A stretch of 64,000 nt of DNA from Octopus vulgaris. Taxonomy: Eukaryota. Of this stretch, positions 29,029-43,149 are shown piece by piece. The notes beneath the pieces are model-generated. The model saw nothing but the letters and a program-made list of their open reading frames with translations. It ran no database searches and was not told where the DNA came from. Each line of letters starts with the position of its first letter. Position 1 is the stretch's first letter. Both the position numbers and the translations under genes were made by a program. The DNA is taken from positions 11,036,001 through 11,100,000 of the forward strand of contig OX597829.1 in NCBI GenBank assembly GCA_951406725.2, given 5' to 3'.

Positions 29029-32000
29029 CTATGTTTGACTTTTGCTTTGTGCTTGTACAAGTTGGCTCCAAATCTCACTCAGAGACCTCAAGAGACCACA
29101 TGTTGGAAGTTCACGTTGTTGTTATGCCTAGTGTGCCATATATTTGGGGGGGGGGGTTGGTGTTGTACTAGTGAATGTCTAATAAATAAATTTTTTTTAA
29201 AAAGAGTTTATTTTAAACCTTGAGATTACATAGAGAGTATTTTGCGTTGGATATGAGCAGTTCCCATGAGCACTATCTTTTGAATTTCTGCCATTTTGGG
29301 GTTTCCTGGAATCTGAGTTAGGCAGCAATCAGCCCTTTTCGCTATCATTCACAGGGCACCTATGACAACAGGTATTGTTTTAGTCTTCAGCTTCCACATT
29401 TTGCTGATTTCTATTTCAAGATCTTTATATTTGCTCAGTTTCTGGTAGGTCTTGACAGATACGTTTATATCGATTGGGACAGTCATATCAATGAGGAGGC
29501 ATGTTCTTTGTCTGAAGTCTTTCAATATAATTTCTGCCCTGTTTGAATCAATCTTTCTGTCAGTTTGAATGGTGAAGTTCCAGAGGAGTGAGATGTGGTC
29601 ATTTTCAAGCACTGGAGATGGATTGTGTTCCCACCAGTTTTTTTTTTTCATGGGGCAAATCCAGGTTTTTGTAAATTACCCAGTGAATATATTGTGCAGC
29701 TCTATCATGCCTGTTGAGATACTCTGTAGGCGCTAGAAGACTGCACTTGGAGACAACATGATCAATGGTTTCATTTTGTTGTTGACATACACGACATGTT
29801 GGGCTACTGCCGTTCTTTAATATGTTGGCCTTATGTTTCTTGTTAGTAGGCATTGATCTTGAGCTGCTATGATAAACCCTTCTGTTTCAGATCTTAAGCC
29901 AGAGGCCATTAGCCATTGATGGGTCAGGGCTTTGTCAACATCTGCATTATTCGGTCTCTTTGGGTATTTGCCATAGAGAGGATTTTCTTGCCATTTACCA
30001 TTCAGAATATCTAAGGCAGCATATTTAGTACGGGTTTTCATGCGCTTAGCTTTTTCTGTGCTTGTTTCTTGTGAGCCTAATTCCGAAATTTGTTGTATTC
30101 GGAATTCACTTAGATATTCCTTTGCCTGTTTTGTTACTGAGTATGATGCTTTTTTGTTTTCATGTTTTGAGACAAGTTTTAACGTCCAGTCCTCAGACTT
30201 TTTCAGGTAGGTGTCTAGGCCGATTGTAGCAATCTTCATTGTTATTGCCAGTTGTAAAAGTCCACGGCCTCCCCCTTTTCTTGGCAGATAAAGTCGTTCT
30301 GTATCTTCCTTAGGGTGGTGCATCCTATGCATTGTCAACACTTTTCGTATTTTTCTGTCAAGCTGACATACTTCAGTAATTGACCATATTGAAACTGTAA
30401 GTCACGACTGGTATGGCTAAAGCGTTGATCGCTTCGATCCTGTTTCTTGCATTCAGCTCTGTCTTGAGTATTGCTCTAACTCTTCAATAACATTCTCTCC
30501 TGATCCTTTCCTTCATCTCTGAATGCCTTATTCTGTCCCCTTCAATTACCCCTAGGTACTTGTAGCTCTCTGTTGGGTCTACTTCTTTTATGACATTCTG
30601 CTGGTCAATGTTATCGTTAGATGTTTCTGTCATTTTTCCTTTGATAAATGTAGCTTTTGCACATTTATCGAGGCCAAATTGCATTCTGATGTCGTCACTG
30701 AATTGTTTGACTATCGCTAGTAAGCCCTTGAGTTGTTGGTCATTTTTTGCAAAAAGCTTTAAATCATCCATGTAAATGAGATGATATATATAATTATCAA
30801 ACATTTTATATCCGTACTGCGCGTCATTGAGCAATTTTGAGAGAGGTATTAAGGCTAAAAAAAAGAGGAGTGGTGATAGTGAGTCACCCTGGAAAATGCC
30901 ACATGAAATTTTTACATCACCAGCATTTAGAGATTCACCGTCACTGTTCAAAGTTAGTGTGGTTCTCCATGATCTCATACTTACAGTCAAAAAGTTTCGC
31001 AGAGTAGGTGCTATTTTATACATTTCCAGGCATTTCTTAATCCAGCTATGTGGTAGGCTATCAAAAGCCTTTTTATTGTCTATCCAGGCTATTGATAAGT
31101 ATTTGTGTCGTTTGTGACAATCTTCTAAGATCATCTTATTGATGAGTAGCTGATCTTTACAACCATAGGATCCACGTTTACATCCTTTTTGTTCATTAGG
31201 GAATATGCTGCTCTCTGTTAAAAAACTATAAGTATATTCCGTCAGGCAGATGTTAGCGTTTTATACATAGTTGTTAAGCAGGTCATGGGTCTAATTTTTT
31301 TGGTTCATTTGTTTCTTCACTTTTTGGAAGCATGAATATTAAACCATTAACTAGCCAAGGAGGCATCCTACTAGGGTGTTGCAAAACATCATTGTACAGT
31401 TCTGTTAGCAGTTCATGGCTCTCTGGGAAGGTATTCAGCCAGAAGTTAGGAATTTTATCCTTTCCTGGAGACTTCCATTTGCTTGACCTCCTGAGAGCAG
31501 ATCTTATATCTTCTACCTTGACACCCTCCCACTTTTGCTCTTCTAAGGAGTCCAGTTCTGTAGATATTTTGTCAATCCATGGGGTCTTTTCGTTGTGTGT
31601 TTTTTCTTCTGCCCCAATTTTAGTCCAAAATCCCTGCACTTCTTCTTTTGATGGTACAGACTTTACAGTAACTGCTGTTTTTCCTATCTTCCTGTAAAAA
31701 TTTTTTGGGTTATTCTTGAACATGTTGTTGTCCTTGAAAAATCTAACACGCTTTTCATACCTCGCACTGCGGGCAGCTTTGGCAGATACCTTTTGTTTGA
31801 TGGTTTCTATGGTAGCATCAGTATCAAGTATAGTTTTCATATTATATTTCTTCATTAATTTTTGGGTTTTTGTAGGTTTGGTAGTCTTGTGAATCTTAAG
31901 GTTTTTCAAATATTCAATGCCAGATCTAAATAGTTTAATTTGATGTTGGATACGCTCCTGCCAAGAAGCCTTTTTGTGGGAATGTTGCCGTTTTCTAATC

Positions 32001-32382
32001 TTTACACCACATAGGATCGTTGAGATTTTCGCGGATGCATAGTATAGGTGGTTGAGATTTGTGATATCAACATCATTAGCTGAAATTATATCCTTAAGTG
32101 CAAGCCGGATTTTACCAATTATTTTCATGTTTTGGTTAGTGTTGTCGGGAGTGCATCGCGTTCATCCATGCTGGTTTCTTTAATTTTCAGCCATTCAATC
32201 ATGATTTGATTTTTTAGCTCATGTAGTTCTGTTGGGTCAATATTTGTGTGACTTTCTTTATCTATTTGATGTTCATCTGTCTTAGTGTTTATGATTGGTT
32301 CAGAGAGTATTTCACTTTGCCAATCAGGGAGTATTTCACTTTGACAATCAGGTCTATAATCATTTCCTCTGTATTATCTTCT
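29029..32382 (-). mobile_element. Second, 5'-truncated copy of the same R4/Dong family
   Basis: Highly similar to 23087-26343; same 3' terminus next to (TAA)n; RT, CCHC and RLE motifs. Confidence 0.92.
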
Positions 32383-32774
32383 CAAAAAATGTGGTCGTTC
32401 CAACTGTAGGACTTGTATCCACCTCATTGAAGGACCAGTGTACAAATTCCAGTCGGGACACACTTTTGTCATAAAAAATAATTTCACCTGCGCACCAAAG
32501 AATTTACTCTATGTCATAAGATGTGAAGGGTGCCACAAAGATTACATAGGGCAAACGAGCCTTACCCTCAGAGAAAGGATGACAACAACTGAGGGATCCC
32601 ACCACAAGACATATACCACTTAGTGAGCATTTAGACTTCTGTGCACACAACAAGTCCCCCAAATTCCTAGTTTTCCCACTATACCAATGCCCAGACAACA
32701 CTACAGACCAAACACGAATAAATAGGAAAAATAATCTTATTCAAAAATACAGACCACAACTCAACATACTCTAA
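32383..32774 (+). pseudogene. GIY-YIG endonuclease C-terminal fragment of a Penelope-like (Neptune-type) element
   Basis: KCGRSNCRTC...NFTCAPKNLLYVIRCEGCHKDYIGQTSLTLRERM...PLSEHL...LIQKYRPQLN, with a CxxC between GIY and YIG; frameshifted. Confidence 0.85.
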
Positions 32775-32789
32775 CATACCCCCCAGGTA

Positions 32790-34085
32790 CACATCCAAAA
32801 CAAACAAACACACACACAGAAACACATATAGATATACAAAATCACACACACACAAAAACAATGCCAACCTCCGACGCAATTACACACATGCACAAACACA
32901 ATATCCTCACACTAGAGCACAAACACACACATTCCAAAAAAACACATACATATATACACTTACAATATGATACTAGCAACCATAACCAACACTCACAAAC
33001 ACATATACACATATGTAAACACGGACATGCACACACACACTACCCCGAAATTACAAATCACATTCACACAAACACACACACACATACACAGATACACAAA
33101 CACACAGCTACAACACAACTCACACAAACACACACGCATTTATGCATACCTGCACATACACAATACGCCCGAACCCCAGTAATAAAATCACACACACACA
33201 CTCAAAAGAAAAAAAACAGACATACACTCACAATACAATCCCAACAACCACAACAAACACTCACAAAAATACATATACACAAGCATACACACACAATGAC
33301 ACACACCTCACCCACAAATACAGGACATATAGACACACTCACACAAGCACACCCACACGTATACACACACACTGCACTAACAATACAAAAAAAACAAATC
33401 ACTTACAAATGCAGCACACACACACGGAAACTACATAAACGATACCCACATATACACACACACACACACTCAAACACATACTAAATACCAAAACACACAA
33501 AATGCATATGCACATACATACACACCACCCAGATAAACCCAACACACATGGACACAGAACCCCTGATAAATACAGCACACTTACTCACATATCCACACAT
33601 ATATATGCACCCTCACAGATACATAAGGTTGCTCACGCACACACACACCACAAGGACAATTAAAACACAAACATAATCAGACAGACATAACACATATACT
33701 CACATACACATAACATCCCCACCAACACAAAAAACACACAAACACACAAACCTACACGCGCGCACATACATACGCACACATACACACACGCGAACAAACA
33801 CATATACACACACATGCGCACACACAACACCATGACAAACACCAATCACATACATACACACACAACACCAAGACAACCATAACAACACATACATACTAAG
33901 ACAGAGATAAACACACACTCATGTACACACACATAACATCCCCACCAACACAAAAAAACACACAAACATACACACGCACCCACAGAGGCACACATACACA
34001 CACTAACAAATATTAATGACACACATACACACACAAACGTGCACACATATACACACACGCACACACACACACACACACTCACACC
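32790..34085. repeat. Degenerate (CA)-rich tract, probably the 3' UTR of the Penelope fragment
   Basis: Cryptic CA-rich sequence with an internal duplication (~33700-33770 vs ~33925-33990). Confidence 0.8.
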
Positions 34086-34689
34086 ATTCTGACCGCTGAG
34101 ACCAGTCCCCAAAACAACTGAACCATGAAAGACTAAAGAGAAACAACAAACATTTCCTTTCGATTCCACATTGCTCCTCCTTCCCCCCACCCAAACCAAC
34201 AGACACACTGTCCCTTTAAATAATAATCAGCCTTTATTTAGCTTCACAGAAAAGGAAAAAAATGGTAAAACAGGTCAGTTTATCTCAAATTCTTTGTAAA
34301 CTCCTAAATATATCTCCTGCATATATATATATATACCACCAAAATATGACCTTTTTGAACTTATAATTTTCTGTATATATATATAGATAGATAGATACTT
34401 CCAAACAAACCTGATTTTTAATGAAATCCTAATATTTTCAATGAGCTTTTTTATATTTTCTCAAGATTTTTCCTTGTAAACTGTTTTAACATTTTCTTAT
34501 TATTATCAAAGAATGCATACATGTATTGTAATATTTTGTGACAACCAGTACTTAACACAACAAAGTTTTACAAAGCTCTTACATTTTACTTTTGACAATC
34601 TTTTTCTAAAAAAGTGAAACCTTTTAAAATTGCATTTTCAAACTTTCTTTCATATATATATATATATGTACGTATGTATATATATATAT

Positions 34690-34972
34690 ATAGGGAAAGT
34701 TTACGAAAAATATCAAAAGACGAAGACAGGTGGTATACAAAACAAACATATATACGTGTATATATATATGTGTGTATATATATATAGGGGAGAGTTCACG
34801 CGATTAAACAAAAGACGAAGACAGATGGTGTACAAAACAAACAGATGTATTAGTATAACGCCCAGGAATTGAAAAAGTCTTTTACGTTTCGAGCCTACGC
34901 TCCTCTACAGAAAGGGACACAAAAAAACAAGGAGAGAAAAAAATATGTGTAGTGGCTACCGATCTATCATGA
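34690..34972 (-). mobile_element. Short repeat with hammerhead-like variant core
   Basis: Minus strand ctttCTGTAGAg-gagc gtag gctc-GAAACGTA-aaag (34880-34914). Confidence 0.6.
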
Positions 34973-35222
34973 TATATATATATGTGTGTGTGTGTGTGTG
35001 TTTGCGTGTGTGTGTGAATAAATATTTTATAGCAGTTCTATAGAATTATTTCATAGGCTAAATAATCACCGTAAAGGTAAAATCATAAATAGAAAATAGC
35101 GGTTCTAGATGTAAGACAAATACTTTTTTTATATTCGTTCTCCGCACACATCTTAGCCAGTATACATTCAGTGAAGCTTTACATAGGAGCAGGAGTAGCT
35201 GTGTGGTAAGTAGCTCGCTTAC

Positions 35223-37251
35223 TGCTACCAAGTTGTCGCGTTGTTTTTCGTCGCGGTGGAAGTCATGTCGTACGTGAAAAATTGAACATTTGAAGCATGA
35301 CCACAGGTAAAGCATTTGGTTTTTGGGAGCTTAGTGGGGTCTGCTGTTTGTATTTAAGTATTTTTTCGAACAGGGATCTCCACTGGGTTCCAGGCATTTT
35401 TTTGCCAGGAGTCATGCAAGAAGATTCACTTCGTAGTGAGAATTGAGTTGGGAGGCGCGTCCCTCCGAAAATGTTTTGGAATTTTCTATGACTGTGTTTG
35501 TGCCCTTTCAAGATTTTTACCATAAAGGATAAGAGTACAGCCAGAGTTGGACGGAATACTATTTGTGCTGTGAAGGACTACCAGTTTGGATTACCAGAGT
35601 AGCAGAATTGTGTTGTGTTGCCATTTTCGACTATCTTCCTTCGCTCTTTCTTCTCCTGTCTGTCTTTCTGATCATTTTTGAGTTTCTTTATAGACTTTCA
35701 TTTGAACATTTTGATTTTTGTTTGTGGATTTTTATTATTTTTGTTTTGGCTATCAACATGGCAACTGTGAAATCCGCTTTGGAGTGGAAAATTGTGGCCC
35801 CCGAAAAATGGTTGAAAAATTATACGGAGAGAACGGTGGTGTTAAGGACTTGTTCCAGGGTCCTTGACACCATCAAGGTCTTCTCTCAGGAAGAAATTAA
35901 GGAGTTGGCAGACTATCTGCAGGGGGGAGAAGTATGGAACTGTGTGTGTACTTTTTGACGCCCCTGTGGAAGCACGTGATTTTACGAGCATGCTTTGGAG
36001 GGGGAGAAAATTTTGTTTCTCCCTACTTACGGCGGTAGAAAGTTGACAAGAGCCTGGATGTGTGGTCTGCCACCCGGTATAGAGGCCGAGTGGAAAGAAG
36101 ATACTATCCGTCGGGTCCCGGGTGGCGGGCCTGCCAGGCTTTTAAATGTAAAAATGTGGCCTGCGGTTGATTGGGTTGGGTCAAAAGCAATTTTGACCCT
36201 ATGGATCCAATCAGTCGATGATCTGGTTTTACCAGATTTTTTAACAATGGCCGGTTCCAGGTATCTGGTGATGGTTGAGGGACGTCCCCCCAAGTGACAT
36301 CTGCGCCTGGAATCGGGCCATATAAAGAACTGTTGCCGGGAACAGACAGGGGTCTGGAACAGTTGGCTGAAAAGGTGTCCCCTAGTCCCCCACTGGAGGA
36401 AAAAGTCGAGGAGGAGGCAACATCCTCGAAAACAAAGGGGGAAAAAGAAAGAAGGGGCAACAATGGTTTCCTACCGATGAATCCTGAGACGGCGGGGCGG
36501 GGGTCCTCCGGAGATGTCGGAGGAATTCCATCCTACCGTCGTAAAAAGAAAAAAGAAGAGAAAGAAGAAAAATGGGGCATTGCCGGCGACGGCATGTCCT
36601 GAGATCACTTCGGTTGGATGTGTGCAACCAGAGCGGAGAGAAGATAACCTCGTCATTCGGATGTGTGCCACCGAGCGAGGGAGTTGAGGCCCCTCCCAGT
36701 AAAAGTGGTTAAGAATATATGTTCTATCTCAGTGGAAGAGCTATTGACAGTTTCGTGGAGAATGATATGGATAATCGGGTCCTGAGAAACCTGACTTGTA
36801 TAGACAGCCCAGAGTGGCCTTCGCAGGTGGCTGCTCTGGTGCTGGAAAGAAAGTACTGTGATCTTAGAATTGACTCATGTAAAAACGAGAATTATAGAAT
36901 TCTTTTTTGGAGACCCGGATTGCAGTTTCAGGAATGCCTGCAAGTTGCAAGGAAATTGCACGGGGAAGATTTGTAGAGGTTTATCGCCTCTAATTTGTGT
37001 ATAAATTATGTTTTGTATTTGTGTAGACTTTTGAGTTCAAATATATTGTATTTTAAACTGTAAGAGGGTTAATACCTCTGTATATGTGTTTTTAAAGAAC
37101 AATGTTTTAAAGAAGCAGAGGGTCGGCGGGCGCTTTCTCTCTTCTCCCATCCTTATCATCTTGTATCATTATCATTCGCCTCATCAATGTCTTGTCTAGC
37201 CCGCAAAGCTACCCATCTCTGTACTGCCTCTATGGCAAATGAAACGAATAA
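35223..37251 (+). mobile_element. ORF1-only (HAL1-like) non-autonomous Tx1-related retroelement
   Basis: 15-bp TSD (35208-35222 / 37252-37266); decayed ORF1 homologous to the Tx1 ORF1 at 59848; no EN/RT; 3' TGCC-N5-GGCA hairpin + AATAAA. Confidence 0.85.
35758..36976 (+). pseudogene. Tx1-like ORF1 protein, frameshifted, decayed zinc knuckle
   Basis: TERTVVLRT, RGEKYGTVCVLF, LFLPTYGGRK, VMVEGRPPK*HLRLESGHIKNC align with EKRTVVFKT, RGRAYGTVDVRF, VLFPSYRGRR, VQVEGRKPTCYACGKKGHIRVDC. Confidence 0.8.
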
Positions 37252-37628
37252 AAGTAGCTTGCTTACCAACCACATGGTTCCGTGTTCAAGGCCACTGCGT
37301 GGCATCTTGGGCAAGTGCCTTCTATTATAGCCTCGGGCCGACCAAAGCCTTGTGAGTGGATTTGGTTGACAGAAACTGAAAGAAGCCCGTCGTATATATG
37401 TATATATATATGTATGTGTGTGGGTGTACGTTTGTGTGTCTGTGTTTGTCCCATGAACATTGCTTGACAACTGGTGCTGTTGTGTTTATGTCCCCGTAAC
37501 TTAGCGGTTCGGCAAAAGACCGATAGGATAAGTAGTAGGCCACAGACAAATGACTGAAACAAAAGAGAATAGCGTCGTGTGGTTATCGACTGCTATTTCC
37601 AGAAAACATTGGTGCCTTGTTGTACCAC

Positions 37629-37671
<43 letters not shown>

Positions 37672-37999
37672 ACAGGCTTCTTTCAGTTTCCGTCTACCAA
37701 ATTCACTCACAAGGCTTTGGTTGGCTCGAAGTTATAATAGGAGACACTTGTGTAAGGTGCCACGCATGGGAAGCAAGCTTCTTACCACACAGCCACGTCT
37801 GTGCCTATATCATACGCAGGAGTGACTATAGGTGACTAATGATTCTAATATCTCTCTTGGCTATACTTTTGAATTAAGATTAGACTATTGGAATGGTTCA
37901 CTGGGATATTGGGCTATAAGTGAAAGGAATAAACGCATTTGAATTGCAGTCATTTCAATACTTGACCAGATTCTTCAAACTTCTCCCCTGGTTATACTT

Positions 38000-38053
<54 letters not shown>

Positions 38054-38583
38054 CGCGCGCGTGTGTGCACGTATTTGTGTATATGATTGTGTGTGTTTGT
38101 GTGTATTTTTCTGTATATGTTCGTAGCAACGAGAATGACTCTACGTGGAGGCTCACCGTCTAGAAATAGCTGCTAAATTACAAATCTATCTTAAATTAAA
38201 ATCTAAAGTCTTTAAAGATGCAGTTGTCCAGAAGCGTTTGATACATTTATCTAGAAACCACTTGCCTAAAATTAAATCAAGATTACCGTGGCTTGCAACG
38301 CCTTTCATCATATGTCTAATATATCAAGGGCAACAGATGGTTAAAAACAAAAATATAAAATTAAAAAGTCATTATTCAAATCTTAGTAACATATTTTATG
38401 GCTTTGGTCGCCATGATTGACGGCTAGCCATTAAACCTTTTTTTATTTTCTCTCCCTGTAAATTTCTATGTACCTATCTGTCCCAGAGCGTAGATTTTCT
38501 CACTTCCCGAGCGTTAAACTAATACATCTGTTTGTTGTTTACACACTCGTCTTCGTCTTATTTTTTTGTAAATTCCAAATATT

Positions 38584-38831
38584 TTATGGTTCTCAACCAT
38601 TTTTATCCATGGACCCCTTTGGCTCCTGTTTCACACAGATGGACCCTGTTTCACATAGATGTTTGAAGAATTTTATTATATATTGAAGAATTCTATTATA
38701 TCTTTATAATTAAATATTAAGGATTGTATAAAAAAATTGTTAAAATATTTTTTGTATTGTAAAAGCATAAACAATTTATTGCGCAGATTTTAACAACAAA
38801 ACCTTATGTGGATCCTCGTTGAGAACCATTG
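38584..38831. mobile_element. hAT (Charlie-like) MITE
   Basis: Terminal inverted repeats atggttctcaac ... gttgagaaccattg resembling CAGTGGTTCTCAAC. Confidence 0.65.
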
Positions 38832-39887
38832 CCTTAGACACAGGAGGAATGAACTACACCCATTATCTTTATCGAAGCTTCAGAGACGGGTGACAAGAAA
38901 ACAATGAAGTTATCTTCAAATTGGGAACAGTCAAAATATCGGCAGCAGAGTAGAATCAAAAAAATGCACATAAAGACTAGATGGTGCTATTAGATTCCTA
39001 AAAGCAAAAAAGCCTTCTGAATGGCTTCCATGAAACTTCCTTTAACCAAATTTCAAGGTTATTGTAGAGAATATATTCACAAGTTGCTGCACATCGCAAT
39101 TGAACCAGAAACTATAGAAATTTGAAGAGAACTTCTTATTCTCGTAGTTATTCCTGCGGCTATTGTGCACTCTTTCTAAGCAGTAATTAAAGAAAAAATC
39201 TCAGAATTTCATTAACTGTTATAATTAATTAGATTGTATAGACAAATAATTCCTACTCTCAAGTCTTCCAATAACTCGCTAAAGTCTTAAGTTTGTCTTA
39301 ATTCTTAACATTTGTTATGTCCTCGGATGAAGCTTTCGGTTAAAAAGAGGAAAAAATGGTGGAAAAATTATAAACAAATATGTATTATTTTATATTCTTT
39401 TGCATTCGTAGAAATGGTTTTCTTTCTTTTATTATAAATACATACGCTCTCACACACACACTTACACAGACTTACACTCACACACAAACAAATAATTATT
39501 TGGGTTTCCTCTTCTCCTTTTCCATTTCATCATGTCTTAGCAGTTTTTTCAGAATATGTGTGTGTATGTATGTGCTCCTATATATGCATATGAATACATA
39601 TATATATATAAGTGTGTGTGTATGTGTGCGTGCGTTTGTGTGTGTATGTGTGTGTGCGCGCGCGTGTACATGGTTATATATATAATGACATTCTTAAGTA
39701 ATTTTTTATGTATAGATTTCTGAAAATTTTATGTGTAGATATATGTACATGTCGGTTTATACACACATTCGCGCTCAGACACACACACACATATATATAT
39801 ATATCATGTTTCTATACGTATACATATACGTACGTACTTACGTATACATTGCGATGTGTTTTTAGTATATATATATATGTGTATATA

Positions 39888-39933
<46 letters not shown>

Positions 39934-40357
39934 CACTTGTTTATACGTGCATGTATACACTGATAAAAACAAAGAGAGATGGCTTAGGGCGGAGGAGGGG
40001 AAAAGCATGAAAATGGCAGAGGGAGATTAGCTATTTCCAACAACAGGAAGAACTGACTAGTTTTGGGGACAAAAATAAAGAAACCAACGGAGAATACAAC
40101 TAGCAGTCATTTCAACCGAATATAGAGACTGCTTTGTTTATTATGTCACGTGAAATATCTGTTTACTGAGACATCATGGTGATAGACTCGAAGAAGTGGG
40201 TACAAACGAACGAAGAGTCATAGCTTGTAGTAACTACAATTGTAGACACCGTGGTTAAGGGAGACTGTAAAAGTGAAATTGAATGATAAATGCTAGCTGC
40301 AATGGTAGATGGTAGAGAATTAGTATATACGGTGACCAATGTGCGGTGACCACTAGT

Positions 40358-40563
40358 TATTTTGACTTCAAAGTTTGGCACAAGTCTAGCAATTTCGAGA
40401 AAGTGGTTAAATCGACCACATCCGCCTCAGTACTCAATTACTACATATTTTATCCTTCCCGAAATGATGAAATGCAAGGTCAACCTTGGCGGAATTTGAA
40501 CTCCGAACGTAAAGTGGAACAAAATGGCCGGCATGCTAAAGTTTCCGCCATCTCACCACCTTA
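40358..40563 (-). mobile_element. SINE-B copy
   Basis: Reverse match to head and core (ggtcaaccttggcggaatttgaactc). Confidence 0.65.
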
Positions 40564-40703
40564 ACCTCTAGTTATATTGGCTGACTGTTGTGGTGTTATT
40601 GCATGTGGTGACCAATAATTACATTGCGAGACGAGTGTAAACGTACAAAGTGTTGTGACCAATAGCTGAGATGGTGGACGAAGGCAATATGCAATGACCA
40701 GTA

Positions 40704-40838
40704 GTGGCTGTGTGGTAAGTAGCTTGCTTATCAACCACATGGTTCTGGATTCAGTCCCACTGCATGGAGCTTCGGGCCGACCAATCCCTTGTGAGTGGAT
40801 TTGGTAGACGGAAACTGAAAGAAGCCCGTCGTAGATAT

Positions 40839-40877
<39 letters not shown>

Positions 40878-41032
40878 GTTGTGTGTCTGAGTTTGTCCCC
40901 AGCCCCTACCATCACTTGATAACAGAGCAGTTCGGCAAAAGAGACCCATAGAATAAGTTCTGGGGTCGATTTGTTCGATTAAAGGCGATGCTCCAGCATG
41001 GCCGCAGTCAAATGACTGAAACAAATAAAAGA
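40704..41032 (+). mobile_element. SINE-A copy with internal deletions; target site empty
   Basis: gtggctgtgtggtaagtagcttgcttatcaaccacatgg ... ccagcatggccgcagtcaaatgactgaaac. Confidence 0.85.
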
Positions 41033-41553
41033 AAATAATATTCTAATTGCAATATCTTTTGTTATCTAATTTGCTCACTAGCTCCCTCTCTAAACTATTT
41101 TCTCTGTAGTTACTTCTTTTAATTCTTTGCTATTCTAATTGCCGTTTCCGTTATAATCTCTTTTTACAACGTTCCACCAGATGTTGTTGGTGATCACTCT
41201 CATCAGTCGCCACCAAAATAATTTGCTAATCTGATTTTTAGCTTCTAGGGTACCTGGATTCCGATGTATAATTCCAATTTAAACCCATCACAAATTTGTT
41301 ATCTGTGTTTCAACCATTTAACAATACACATATTTGAATCCACTGGCGTAACAAATTCTCTATCTGAATAAGACCTGGACCACTCCATGAGGGTTTTTTT
41401 CCATGTCTACACACTGGAACATTCGGAAGATCCCATCTGTACTTGCCAGGAAGATGGAACTGCCTGATCAGATTTGCAAGTCTTTTATACATACTTCTGT
41501 TATTTGTCAATCTCACAGACCCAGCGTTCATTTGATATTTCATTCTAGTCAAA

Positions 41554-41990
41554 TGCGGTGAGCTGGCAGAATTGTTAACGCGTCGGAAAAAATACCTAGC
41601 GGCGATTTTCCGTCCTTACGTTCTGAATTCAATTGCCGCAAGGGTCGACTTTGCCTTTAATCCTTTTGGGGTCGATAAAATAAATACCAGTTGAGTATTG
41701 GATTCGATGTAATCGATTTTCGCTGAAATTGCTGGCCTCGTGCTGAAGGTTAAAACTATTATTATTGTTGTTGTTATTCAAAAACATTTTGTTTTGGTTG
41801 TTGTTATCGTCGTCGTTGTTGCTGTTGAGCCTCAAGTCGGCAGAATTGCTAGCACGCTGGACAAAATACTTGGCGACATCTCTCCCTTCTTTACATTCTG
41901 AGTTCAAATTCCGCTGAGGTCAACTTCGTCTTTCATCCTTTCGGGGTCGATAAAATAAGTACCGTCACCCAAATTTCAGACATTGTGTAG
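41554..41990 (+). mobile_element. Two SINE-B copies
   Basis: gcggtgagctggcagaattgttaac...ggggtcgataaaa at 41554 and a second copy from ~41836. Confidence 0.75.
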
Positions 41991-43149
41991 AAAACGTATT
42001 GCTGCTGCTGCTACTGTTGTTGTTGTTGTTGTTGCTGCTGCTGCTGCTGCTGCTGTTGTTGTTGTTGTTCTTGCTGCTGCTGCTGCTGCTGTTTTTGTTG
42101 TTGTTGCTGCTGCTGTTTTTGTTGTTGTTGTTGTTGTTGTTGTTGTGGTGGTGGTGGTGGTGGTGGTGGCGGCGGTGGATTGAATGTGTTACTGTTATCA
42201 CATTCACTATTTCTGAAACCGGCATTACTCTTCTTTTAAATTCTATTTTTTAATAGAATTTCTTTCCTTTTCGTGAGGGGCGTTTTGTTTACATTCCTAC
42301 ATGTACACCAGGTTGCTGCCACAAGTGGGAGAACCTCCTCACACTTGCATCATCGAAGTGTCGTATTTCTGCTAGAAATTCTAAAAAGTAAAATTAATAA
42401 AAGATAAAAGCAAAAACAAAAATATATATATATTATTCCACCCGTAGCACTTAAGACTTATTCCACCATCCCCGTTTAAAGGAGTTTACTGTAAGACAAA
42501 AATAGAAAGACACTTCAATCAAGAAAAAATTAGGAGCGAAAAAAGTAATGTATTTCGGTAGTGTCCTACTGGTTGGCCGTCGTACCATGTTCTGAGAAAC
42601 ATCTGAACATATTAGAGCGCATACATTTTCGCTTCAAATGATAGGAACAGGTTCCGCTGGTCAGGAAATTCACCTGATGTCAACTTCTGTTCAGTGGTAG
42701 CCTCAACTGAACTGGCATGCTGTGAGGTTGATCCTCCTGCAGAAATATCTGAACCACTGCGATGGCAACAACAACGATGAGGAAGGCGAGTGAACTGGGG
42801 TGGACATCTTTCGTCCAAACATATCTTTCTGCAACTCGTCTTCTTGACCATGCAGCAATCATGTGTCAAGCTAGAGTAAGGTTATACGTTCAACATCTAG
42901 AATATTACAATACACTACTAGTAGTATACCAGTTGGATAAAGCCGCCGGCGGGAAATATCTCTAGTTTTCGATAGACCGTTAACTAAGGATATCAGTGAC
43001 GATGGCCTAAAATTGGCTCTAATTTGTCTGTTTTAAAGGGATTTCAGGTTGGTGTTAACGAACAACTTCCAAAAATCCTTGGCAACATAATGTTACAGGA
43101 AGATGCAATGCATGTTCATGGTTCTATGACAGGCCTATTGAATTACAAA

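Larger units (their letters stand above)
35185..37565 (+). mobile_element. SINE-A copy interrupted in its head by an ORF1-only Tx1-related element
   Basis: Head 35185-35222, remainder 37252-37565; TSD aagtagct(c/t)gcttac. Confidence 0.9.

Noticed and set aside
41310-41552. 80-aa non-repetitive ORF
   Set aside because: No recognisable motif or splice support; probably decayed TE or chance.
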